Origin: Podarcis liolepis
Lineage: Eukaryota
Strand: one strand, 5' to 3'
DNA length: 64,000 nucleotides
NCBI GenBank assembly: GCA_965112155.1
Contig: OZ218110.1
The notes below the pieces were generated by a model. That model saw only the letters and a program-made list of their open reading frames with translations, was not told the origin of the DNA and ran no database searches. Both the position numbers and the translations under genes were made by a program. Below, piece by piece: positions 1 to 11,300 of the stretch (position 1 is the stretch's first letter; each line of letters begins with the position of its first letter).

Positions 1-3000
1 TGGCCATGTCATTCAGGACATCAGCAAAGAGCCTAAGAGGTATTGGGAGGGTGTATTAAATGTCAATCAAAGAGAAAACACTGACCCATCAGGTGTCTAA
101 GCACAACACCCACAAGAATGCAATTACCAACAACCTGGAATCTAAATATCCATACAATACAAACTGAAATAATGTGGCACTGGTGTTATAAAATCATTTT
201 ATATCACAAATATAAACAATTACAAACATGGCCTGAAATCACTCAACTCAATAAAATAAACCCAAACACATTTTGCCCTTATTGTACTCCCCGGTAGTCA
301 ATAATATTAATACATACATATGTACACAGAGAGAGAGGCATATATTTCAACGTATTTCAAACAGTTGGAGCCATCAGTGAAATTAGTAAGTAAACGCGCA
401 CCAAATAAGGCTACTACTGGTCTTGTTTCTTATCATACTATGGATGGCCACATATGTGTGCCTGTAAACCAAAACTAGCACTCAAGTAAAGCCATAAACT
501 GTCCTTCCAACTGGAACATATGTCTAAAAGTGTCCTAGCTAATGAACCAACAGAAAGTACGGTTGGTGATAAAGTACTGGATTTGTACCCAGTTTTAGAC
601 ATGCAGCTAGAGAGGAGGACACCTATGAAGTTGGGGTCAAAACACCCCTCTTTACCTCCATTGCTTCGCATCGCAGTCCAGTTTGCTTCTGGTAGATAAA
701 AAGGAAATGGGATAATGTGAGAAGGAGGAGAAGGACAGGGCCACATAAAGATCAAACTCGGAAAACAGACGGTGGTCAGAATGTCAGATTAGAACTGGGC
801 AGAAGACCAAGGTTCAGACCCCCCCCCCTCAGCCATGAAGGCCCCCCCCCTTGCAGCCTAGCCTACCTCATAAGATTGTTGTAGGGATAAAACTGGGGCA
901 GGGGGCGTAAAATCATGCATGCCACCTTGAAGGAAAAGTGGGGTAGCAATGGCTTCTAGCCATGATGGTTCTGTTTCATCCCCGCTGCCAGAGGCAGCAT
1001 GTCTCTGTGTTCATGGGGGGTAGAAAATCTCAAGTGGGGGGGAACCCTTTGTTGCCCTCAGGTCCTCCTTTTGGGTTCCCCATAGGCATCTGGTTGGCCA
1101 CTGCATGAACAGGGGTGGGACTAGATGGAGCTTTGGCCTGATCCAGCAATGCACTGGAACAAATAAAACAGGAACAGTCCCCCCCCCTTGCACATTTCCT
1201 CCTCCCCACCCCCCACTAGCACCAACAACACAGGGCGGAAGCAGGACTCACCCCTTACTCCAGGCAAAGAGAATTCGGCCCAGCATCCCAGTCCCATCTG
1301 AGGAAGAAGGGATAGAGAGCACACATCAGGGGTTGCCACAAAGGGGCAACTGGTCCACGTGAGATTGGAGGTTACAGGAAGCTGGCTCGCCACACAGTTT
1401 GAATCTGCAAGTTACAAGAGCTTCTTTTTGGAGTGGGGTAGAGACTGTATTGCTGGCAAGATGAGGAATGAACTGGAAAAGGGAGAACAGTGCTGAGGGG
1501 GTCACCTTAACCTGAGTGGTTCTGGGTTTAAATCAAGATGAACAGATTTGGGGAAAGTCTCTGAGGGAGCAGTTTTACATGGCACACACACACACACACC
1601 CCCCCCCCCCGCTTGCCGAAACTTAGGCCACATTCCGCCATGGGCTCTATTGCATTAGTTGTACTGTTTATACTGCTAGCCCTTCTGTTTCTGATGTTCC
1701 TAAATGTAGTGGGGCAGTCAAGAGGGTTTGATTTTGTGGGCACCAGTAATTTAAGTGTTGTTTAAATGCTTACTAAGCATTTATTTTTTAGGGACACAGG
1801 TGGCGCTGTGGGTTAAACCACAGAGCATAGGGCTTGCTGATCAGAAGGTTGGCGGTTCGAATCTCCGCAACGGGGTGAGCTTCCGTTGCTCGGTCCCTGT
1901 TCCTGCCAACCTAGCAGTTCGAAAGCACTTCAAAGTTCAAGTGGATAAATAGGTACTGCTCCGGCGGGAAGGTAAACGGCGTTTCTGTGCGCTGCTCTGA
2001 TTTGCCAGAAGCGGCTTTGTCATGCTGGCCACATGACCTGGAAGCTGTACGCCGGCTCCCTTGGCCAATAAAGCAAGATGAGCACCGCAACCCCAGAGTC
2101 GTCCGCGACTGGACCTAATGGTCAGGGGTCCCTTTACCTTTAAGCATTTATTTAAAGTTCCAAGCAAGCACCTCGTGCTACTTTTAACTGTGGGAAAGGA
2201 TCAGAAGAGGAAAAGTTGCAAGAGGATGAACAGAAGGGCAAGTCCCACCTTTCAGGATCCAAGTGACAGTGGCAGCCGTGACGGTTGAAGCCTCATCCCC
2301 GACTCCCACCCCTTTCAGCACAGCCTGGGTGGCTAGAGTCCCTGTGATGCTACTGGCAAAGGCCTGGGTTGGGGCAGGGAAAAGAGAGGGGAGCAGTTAG
2401 GGCAGAAGAGAGGAGGGTTTTTGCCCCACTTAACCACCAGTTTGAGACCTTTCCTTGGGCCTTCGATATCCTATCCTGCCTCAAACCACGCAGTTTCCTC
2501 CAAGCCAAAATACTTCCTTTAAAAAAATACCCTCCACAGAACTGATGCCCTCACTTTTTCCAGCCTCTGATAATGAAGAGGGCGAGCAGGATGTTGGAAA
2601 CCAATCACCCCACTGAAAGGCAGACCACCCCCACCCCTGCCCCACCAGGATAGAGAATAGAGCCTTCACCTGCACTGTGTCCCAAATCTGGTAGGCCAGG
2701 TAGTCTGAACTCACACTTTCAGGATAGCCCTGGGGTAGGAAGACCAACTGCAGGAAAGAGAATAGAAGTTGTTGTCATTGTTGCTAAATTCACGACCACT
2801 GAGACACATCCGTTTTGACTGTTGGGAGTACTTCAGACTTGTTGCCACACGTTTCCCCTCTCATCCCCATCCCAAGAGAAGTATGGCCGTAGACTCAGCA
2901 GCCCCCCTTTTATTTTTTTAAGAGCATTGTTTTTGCGTCCCAGAGATACGTTGCCTTTTATGCCCACCCTTAAGGCCACATGATATGTTTCAAGCGGTAT

Positions 3001-3807
3001 GATACCCCTTTAACTGTCATGGCTTCCCCCAAGAATCCTATCCTGGGAACTGTAGTTTATTAGTGGTGCTGGGAGCTGCTACAAGATGCTTATTCCCCTC
3101 CCAGAGCCACAATAACCAGAGTTTGCTGGGAAGAGGGTTTGCTTGCTGAGCATTTTGAAAACATCTTTTAAGAGTCAGGGATTCTTTTCCTCTTTACCCT
3201 CCTTCTTGCCAAGCCACAACCTGGCATAATACGCAGCACTCGCTCCCGTTGACAGATAACACATCACCCCCAAATTCTGTCCTACATCTGTTCCCAACCG
3301 ATTTCCCTTCTTCAGAAACACAAATCATGCAGCGTCCATGATGCATATGGTATCACTTATCCCTTTCTGCTCCCACACACACACACCCCACACACCAATA
3401 CACACCAAGGCATCCTTCACCCCATCACTCCAGTATCTTCTTCCTAAACCACTATCACCAAACAGTCCTTCCATCCACTCTGCTAAATCTGTACTGCAAA
3501 AACACAAAGGGACAATGGACGTTTGTGTGTGTGTGTGTGTCCATATACAAACACACACTCTCTCTCATACACACACACACACAGAGAGAAATTTAATAAA
3601 TAATAATAATTCGCATATACAACATTCAGGAGAAACCAACAGAAGCTGTTTTCTCACCATGAAGATCTCCCGCAGTGAACGGAATCCTTGATTTTGAGGT
3701 CCGTCTGGAATACAGTCTAGCCTCCCATCAGGCAAGGCCCGGTAGTGCTGAGCACTGAGAGAGCCATATCTTTCCATACAAAGCGGCTGAACCCCCAAAT
3801 TGGTCAT
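1..3807 (-). CDS. RUSF1: RUS family member 1 (C16orf58), 5' coding exons; gene continues beyond the left window edge
   Basis: Frame-consistent GT-AG exons: 3658-3807 (MTNLGVQPLCMERYGS...EIFM), 2670-2747 (LVFLPQGYPESVSSDYLAYQIWDTVQ), 2249-2363 (AFASSITGTLATQAVLKGVGVG...WILK), 1252-1297 (DGTGMLGRILFAWSKG), 656-688 (SKLDCDAKQWR), 1-32 (LFADVLNDMA, partial). Matches the recalled RUS1/DUF647 protein sequence. Confidence 0.93.
770..940 (+). mobile_element. Degenerate tRNA/CORE-type (MIR-like) SINE fragment
   Basis: gtggtcagaatgtcagattagaactggg...ggttcaga...gcctacctcataagattgttgtagggataaaa resembles the CORE SINE body. Similar decayed copies at ~22550-22700, 25830-25960 and 29815-29990. Confidence 0.5.
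1791..2142 (+). mobile_element. Sauria SINE, near full length
   Basis: GGGACACAGGTGGCGCTGTGGGTTAAACC head with B-box-like GGTTCGAATC, body ...cctgccaacctagcagttcgaaagca..., tail ggggtccctttaccttta. Second copy at 45912-46437. Confidence 0.85.
3524..3586. repeat. Compound (TG)n/(CA)n/(CT)n microsatellite
   Basis: tgtgtgtgtgtgtgtgt...acacacactctctctcatacacacacacacacagagaga read directly. Confidence 0.85.
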
Positions 3808-3912
3808 ATCTCAAGCAGCTCCTAAGCTGTCAAGGACACACAGTATTATTAATCAGTTGTTAATTTTGTGTTTGAGAAACAGAGTATGTGAATAGGAATG
3901 CATAGGTTAGGA

Positions 3913-4246
3913 CAGGGGTCTGCAACCTTTAAGACAAAAAGAGCCACTTGGACCCGTTTACAAAGAAAAAACAACAACTGGGAGCCGCAAAACCATTGCG
4001 ACATTTAAAACAAATATATCTCCGGAGCCACGATCTGACAGCGGGCGGGAAGGTGACGTTGGGACGGTGCGTGACTAACGCACGCACCGCCCCCATGCGA
4101 CGTCACAGCCAGTACAGCGCCCGCCACAGTGGGGAGTGTCGGGGCACACAATGCGCCTCCTCCCCTCGCTAGTATCCGCCCCGGAGCCGCAGCAAAGGTG
4201 TAAAAGAGCCACATGCGGCTCCAGAGCCGCGGGTTGCAGACCCCTG
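3913..4246. mobile_element. hAT-type MITE (334 bp)
   Basis: TIRs CAGGGGTCTGCAACC / GGTTGCAGACCCCTG; perfect 8-bp TSD GGTTAGGA at 3905-3912 and 4247-4254. Confidence 0.9.
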
Positions 4247-4989
4247 GGTTAGGACATGAGAACGTCAGGTCCAAGGACTAAATGTGGCCCTCTAAGCCTT
4301 TCTACCTGGGATTCTCCTCGGGGCAGCCATGCCTTCCCCTGACTGAGATGTGTCCTTAAACTCTGATAAGGGCTCCCCCTGCACTGTACATTTAAAGTAG
4401 TAGCATACCACGTTAAACAGTCATGGCTTTCCCAAAGGAATCCTAGTAACTGTAGTTTGCTAAGCATCCTGAGAGTAGTTAGGAGACCCCTTTTCCCCTC
4501 ACAGAGTTGCAATTCCCAGAAATTCCTGGAAATTCCCAGTATTCTCTTTTGGCCTCTGCTTAAAACATTTTCGTTTAGGCAAGCCTACCAGACAACATGT
4601 AGACATTGATGTGCTCTAATCTTTTACTGCTGATTTTAATTATATTATAAATGCTACAGTTATTTGCTTTATCACTGGCCTTATTGATAATGTTAATATT
4701 TCTTGTAAACTGCTTAAAGGTCGTATCATAATCAAGTGGCATATAAATTTTGCTAAATAAAACCAGTAAATTACGCTGCTTGCACAAAGTACTCAAGACA
4801 GCTTGTGCCAAAAGCCCCAGCTAAGTCGTTTTCAGATGCTGGCTGCCTTAAAAACAAAACGAAACAAAAACCTTCCACATTTAAAGGCGTGTGAATCCTA
4901 CAACACTATAAACAGAGGGAATCCCCAAGCATTCAGCACAGGCAACCCATCCCACTTTTGCACCTAGCTCCTGGGCATACATACAGATA

Positions 4990-6130
4990 TTATCACTTAA
5001 GCTCTAAGAATGTACGGGGGGCGCATCCGGAAGCCAGCTTTCCCCAGCAGTGATTGTTGACTGGCAGCTCTCACAGAAGCACGCACGCCAATGCCTGCTG
5101 GCTCCCGGATCTCTCTCCGGGGCTTGGCATGGCACCGCCACCCCGAGCCCAGCCTAACCTTTGCAAGCCGCCGTCCAGGCGCCACCCGCTCAGCACCCAA
5201 ATCTATTTCGCCAAGTGGCAGGTCTCGGTTGCTCCAATCTGGGGAGGTTAGGGCTGCGGAGGATGCCGGGGGATATTTGCAAGGGACTATGGGGGCTGTA
5301 GTTTTGGGTGGCATTGAGTGCCTCTTCCTCTCCTTAACCTGTGTCCTCCTTCGTTATTAAGATACAGTACAGTATTTGCTTCTTAGGGAAGAAAAAGAAA
5401 ATCCGGAGGGGTGGCCATATTAATCTGTTGCAGCAGCAACAGCGGCGCAGGATCTTGCAGGTTGTGGAAACTCTTTTAACAAATGTTCTTACGGCGTAAG
5501 GTTTTGCGGACTAGGATTACGATGCCAGCTGACAAATGATATCGATTAAAAGTTATACCGCAATTAATGCGCTCGGTAGCACAAGACTACTGTTAAACAA
5601 ATAATAAAAGCCTTTTTTGCGAGGGTGGAAAATGCATATTTACACGCACCCCGAATACCCCATCTCCAGGTTCTTAAGTGAAGTCTTATCCGCGAAGGTA
5701 TCGCTGCTTAAAACGCTTGCAGAGGTACACAGATTTGGCAGCAGCTTTTCCCATCGTGGACTTGGGGAAAGCTCTGCAGGGGGAATTGCTGCCTGGCATG
5801 CAGCCGCCGAAGGCACAGGGGCTTTATAGGGGGAGAAAGAGAAAGGGGGCGCCTTCCGTTCTGTTGCGGGGCTGGAGCTGGCTCGTTCCCAGCTGACGCA
5901 GCAGTTCTTTACTGCGCGGGATTTAGCTGGAGAGAAACGGGGCGCAAAGGGGTGAAAACTCCACGCGAAAGGGAACCGTTTCCCCCTTTACGAAATAGGC
6001 AGCCACGTCCTCCGGGAAGCACCTCCAGCAATCCGGAAACACCGAGGCTCCAGCAAGAACGACGGGAGGAGCTGCAACTCCGGTTCCAAGGAGCTCTGGG
6101 AAATGTGGTCCTCCATCGTTGCAGTTGCTG
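4990..6130 (-). promoter_or_regulatory. CpG-rich promoter / 5' UTR region of RUSF1
   Basis: High CpG density at 5000-5270 and 5850-6120. ZNF143/SBS-like motif ACCACATTTCCCAGAGC on - strand (~6093-6109) and CCGGAA ETS-like core ~6034. A splice acceptor ~20 nt upstream of the RUSF1 ATG implies a non-coding upstream exon; candidate donors at 5991 and ~5158. Confidence 0.6.
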
Positions 6131-6329
6131 TCATGACCATCCATATAATTCTGCTTCTCTCCGAGTTTATGAAATCCCTTTTAAAGCCATCTAAGTCCAC
6201 AGCCATCACCACCCCATGCCATGGCAATAAATCCCACAATGATTAATTTTTTAAAAAAGAAGTGGAGAACGTTTATGCATACAATCTGCTGATCTCCATC
6301 TGAATTAGCAAGGTGCAATGGGGGATAAC

Positions 6330-6466
6330 CGTTGGACAGTGTTCTTGAAGCTACTAACATGAGTTTGACCAAATTGCAGGAGGTAGTGGAAGACAGGAGT
6401 GCCTGGCATGCTCTGGTCCATGGGGTCACAAAGAGTCGGACATGACTAAACAACTAAGCAACAATA
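6330..6466 (+). mobile_element. BovB/RTE LINE 3' end fragment
   Basis: ...catgagtttgaccaaattgcaggaggtagtggaagacaggagtgcctggcatgctctggtccatggggtcacaaagagtcggacatgactaaacaactaagcaacaa is the characteristic BovB 3' terminus. Confidence 0.8.
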
Positions 6467-8330
6467 ACGAGCTACTTGATTTGTACGTGCCTTGCACATC
6501 ACACCAAGTAGTCTTTCTTACCAAAATGCAGCCAGAGAATAATATTGAGAGGGGGAGCTGTATTTTCAATAGATGCAACTTGCTCTTGTCACTGAAGGTT
6601 GTATTATCTCTGGCAAGCAGGGTTGGGATAGGTAAAGGAACAGGGGAAACCAATATCCTAGTGATCCAGTTCTACACTTGAATCCAAGAAAAGTGACAGT
6701 GGGAGCTACTTTCATTTTTGCATTATCCGAGTTTGACTTTGCTTAGCACACACATGGAAAATTTAAGATTTGTATATATAAGAAGGTGTTTTTGTTGATG
6801 GGATCTTAGAAACAGGATTCTCCAGGGACCAAAAAGTTGTGGTATCTAAAAAGCAACAACAGCTCTGAGCTGCTTTGTGTTTCTGGCTAACAAGTGACTT
6901 CAGCAGAAACTCCTGGCCCTCATCAGGACCCCAGCACTCAACTTTGTTTTAATCTCTTCTTGTTCTATGAGGGGGCTGTGTGAGTTATACAAAAAAAAAG
7001 CAGCACAGAAATGCTGTAAAATAAATACATACAAAAGAATTCCTAAAGCCCTTGCATATTTGTACAATACTTGTAGCTACATACAGAATTTGAGATGGAG
7101 GCAAGCTTTCACTTTAAAAAGTTACTCTTCTTATTTCTGGCTGGCTTTTTCCAGTGCTAGTAAAAGCAACTGGTCCTTTTATCCTGCAGCCCAACTGGCC
7201 TAGTGAATTGCTAGGGAACAATTCATTCTTTCCCGCACTGCTGATTCCTCTAGACACTTGCACTGTGCTTTCCTTCTTTGGTGACAGTTCACCTTACCAG
7301 CTCTGAAATGTGTGCCATTTGCTCCTAAGCCATGTCTGCCCAGTCATGGTTAGACCCAGATCCTATTTATTTCCCCCCTAATCTTCACAACACTTTCCAC
7401 TCAGCTCTCCTTCCTCAAGAGTGAGTCTGTTACTGCATTGGTCCTCAAACTGCTGCGTAAGGACAGCAAACTGCTTCATCTGACGTGGGCCACAACTACC
7501 ATGCAAATATTATTACTCCTCAAACAAAGGTTTGTGCTAAACGTGAGTCTGAATATGGAAAGGTTAAAGTCTGCTGTGACCACATTAACATGCACAGCCA
7601 GTCCATGGCGTTCATGCATGATTCCTTGTGTATCTCTGTCTCCTCAAACCCTCCTCATCCCACAAAGCTAAGCTTTGCTCTGGTGGGGCTCAATGCAACC
7701 TCCAGGAATTACCCATAGCAAAAACCTTTCCCCCCCTCCCCGCCCCCACAACCCCCAAACCTGCCCAGAACTCATCTCCAGAAGGCGGAACACAAGGTTC
7801 TAAAAACACAGGGATCTCACAGGAGCAGATCATCTCCAACTTTTACTTCCAAAACACGGAAAACAATTATTAAAAGAACTGAAGAATAAGAATGCACCTC
7901 TCCGACAGGAAGCGTTTGATCTGCATGACTGCTGCCTGCAGACAGTGGTTGTCGTAAAAGTTTTCAAAATGGTAAAAGAAGAAAAAGATCCAAAGGCAAT
8001 TTGGAGGGAGACCATTTGAGAAATGCCGAGAGGAGGAGCAGCAGCAGCAGCAGCAGAGAGGATTCCTCAGATCTAGGGAGGGGATCCAGTGAAACAGACC
8101 CAGGAAGTATACGGGCAAGGGGAGAGAAGAGAAAGTAAACCACTGAAAAGGAAACGCTGCAAAATATTTTAAATGCATGGGAAGGGCTCCATGGACCAGA
8201 GCCAGAAAACTGGTGTGGGGGAGGAATGAGTCTTATGCAGACCCGAGGCAGGTTTTTGCTAGGTAAGCCACAGGATCCAGGCACCGTCTGTGAAAGGGAC
8301 CCCCTTGGGCGGGAAATTGGACCCAGGTGT

Positions 8331-11300
8331 TCAGCTGATATAGATGCGGTGGAAGTCATTGGCGCCAAAAGCCGCATTGCACTTGGGGCACTTCCGCTGG
8401 CGGGTGTCGTAGCGTGTCTTGACACAGTCAAAACAGAAGACGTGGAAGCATTTGGTGAGGACAGCATCCTTCTTGCGGGTATTGCAGCAGGGGCAGGTCA
8501 GCTTGGCCTGGAAATACGGGACAGATAATTCGTGTAAGATCCTTGACTTGGCTCTCCCCAACAAGGCTTGCCCTGGGTTGCCAACCAACCAACCTCCTCC
8601 TTTCTCCTCACCTTGTACTCCTTGATCTCCTCCTGCAAAATCTCATCAGCATCCGCGTACACCTCCACTTTGCGCTGTTTCTCCAGCTTGCGCCGCAAGC
8701 GTGATATGTCCTCCTGAGGAAGGGATGCAAGTCAATGAATCCCAAAGGTGGTTAGCAAGACGGAAGGTAACACTGGCATACCAAGAAATATTTATCAGCA
8801 GCCATGAGGGCTAGTAACTTGCTTTTAAAAAAAACCTAACATTTTCAACCAAGAAGAGCATTAGAGCAGCTGACACACTTGCAGAGGAGAACAAGTTATC
8901 CTCTTTTCTCCTAGTACCTGGGCTCTTTTGAGGTTGAAAGATTCCTTCTCCTTGGCTGCTCGGTTCTCGGCCATACAGGTCTGGATCTCCTTCAGCTTAC
9001 ACTGCACGTGCTCCAGCTGCACCTTCAAGTCCTCTGCCAGCTGGGCAGCCTCCACTGCCTGCCAGAAGAAAAGCAGCAGAAGCCACCACCTCAGAATCTC
9101 CCAAGTTAAGGACCATCAGCCGCAAGCAGCCCCAACAAAGGCACCCATTCCTGGGGCTGTGAATACATAGCGCAATTGCACTGTGTGCACCCAAAAACTA
9201 GCAATGGGAAGAGAACGCAGTAGCTTGGGAATCTCTGCTTCTAGTTTCTAGCCCCCTAAGGCCATGGAGACCAACTGAGAGGGGATGGGCAATGCCTGGG
9301 GAAACTTCATAAGCAGAGGGGCTGGGGAGAGAGACGGAACAGGATTTCCAGGTCTTGGGCTTGCAATTGCCCCCAACCCCAATTACAGTGGTACCTCGGG
9401 TTAAGTACTTAATTCATTCCGGAGGTCCGTACTTAACCTGAAACTGTTCTTAACCTGAAGCACCACTTTAGCTAATGGGGCCTCCCACTGCCTCCGTGCT
9501 GCTGGAGCATGATTTCTGTTCTCATCCTGAAGCAAAGTTCTTAACCTGAAGCACTATTTCTGGGTTAGCGGAGTCTGTAACCTGAAGCGTATGTAACCTG
9601 AAGTGTATGTAACCTGAAGTGTATGTAACCTGAAGTGTATGTAACCCGAGGTACCACTGTACTGACAAGTCCAGAATATATTATCTAAAATACAGGTAGA
9701 AAATATAACAAAGTTTCAAGATTGAAGAACTGAGCTTGTAAAAAGACTCACTGACCTAGAAAATAATTTTGCTTTTTGGAGCACAAGTACCCACGGCCCT
9801 GATTGTCTCCCAGTTCTGCCCATGGCTCCTCCCAGCTCCCTCTCCTCACCTTCCTCTTGTTGAGTTCCAGGGCCTGGCTGCGCAAAGTGAGCTCCTTCTC
9901 CACTGTGCCCAGATTCCCCTGCAGAACGCGCTCCTTCTCTTCCAGCTTCTGCACCACCAACAGCTGGGTGTCCACCTAGGCATGGAAACCAAAGCCACAG
10001 CCTTCAGGACATGGGGCAGGAGCCTCCCCTTGCCTCAGGCTCCACAACCCTGTGAGGAGGTAGGGGGACGGGCTCTGCCTTACCTGGGACTTGAGGGCCA
10101 GCACCTGCTCAGCCAACTCGTCCTTCTCCTCCCGCAGCAGCTTGTGGATCTGATTGGACTTGATGCGCTCCGACATCAGCTTGAAGTTGGCGTCATCCTT
10201 CTCACGCAGCTGCTGGTTCAGCCGCATGTTCTGCTCTTGCATGTCCTCAAAAGCCTGGCCCGTCACGTCCATTTCGGACAGGAGAGCCTCCTCCTCCTGC
10301 CCCAGCAGAGCAGACATAAGGAAGGGAACGAGATTGCTCAAGTTCTCCCTCCTTGCCCTTGCAGCTTCCCTTATTACTACACACACACATGGCTGGTAAT
10401 TTTTGGGGGGTGCCTGTCAATCCCCTGTTGGCATCAGGACATCAGGCGATTGAAAGGTGAGTGGTCCTGCCCACCTGCCATAGTTGCACTGCAGCTGTGT
10501 GGGGAAGTGGTGACCAAGGAGCCTTGAATCCTGCACCCATCAGCAAGGAGAATTCATGCGCATACTACTGCTCCCTGCAGAAAGCAGGAATGAACTGACA
10601 TGGCTGACAGGTGAAGGTGGTTTTGGAAAAATGGCCTCGCAGGCCAAACCCTGGTGAGCCAGTGAGCCAGAATCTCCCCAACCCTGGTCTATAGATGGCT
10701 ATAGATGGACTGAAACAAACACCAGGCCTATGGGAAGGCTTCCACCCTGCAGGACAACTTACACCTTGGCTCCTCCCACAGCCAAATACCTGCTTGGTGG
10801 CAGCCAGCTTCTTCTGCAGGTGTTCAATTTGCTCCTCGGCCAATTTGATCTTGCGCAAGGCATCCTCGTCTGCCATTTTCTTGCTCTCTTTCTTTTCTTT
10901 CTCCTCCAACTCGCGGATCCTCACCCGCAGCTCCTCCACCTGCCAAGGGGACCGAGTAAAAGGGAACAGGGGTGACTCCTTATCCCTAGTCTCTCAACAT
11001 GGTGCTGCCAAATCCATCACCCAGCACTAAGGCAGGACAAGCCAAATTGCAAGCGTCACAATGTTATTTGCCCTCATTTTAAAAGCACAACCAACCAACC
11101 CCAAGCCGCTTTTTGGGGAACTATCATAGCTACTGTCCAGATGCATCATTCACATCAACTTGCCCAGAATTAGCATGCCAATATGCTATACTGTCACTCA
11201 GATGTCCACTACTGGGGGGCTTTTGGGTTATGTATTTTGTATTTTGATACAGTGATCTTCGGATGAAGGGTGGCATATAAACTTAATAAAAACCCTAGAG

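Noticed and set aside
5923-6239. - strand ORFs in the RUSF1 promoter as a possible extra coding exon
   Set aside because: No similarity to the RUSF1 N-terminus, which is already explained by the ATG at 3807; more likely promoter or 5' UTR.
9577-9645. Regular short direct repeats that superficially resemble a CRISPR array
   Set aside because: Head-to-tail 16-bp units without spacers, inside a MITE, in a eukaryotic genome.
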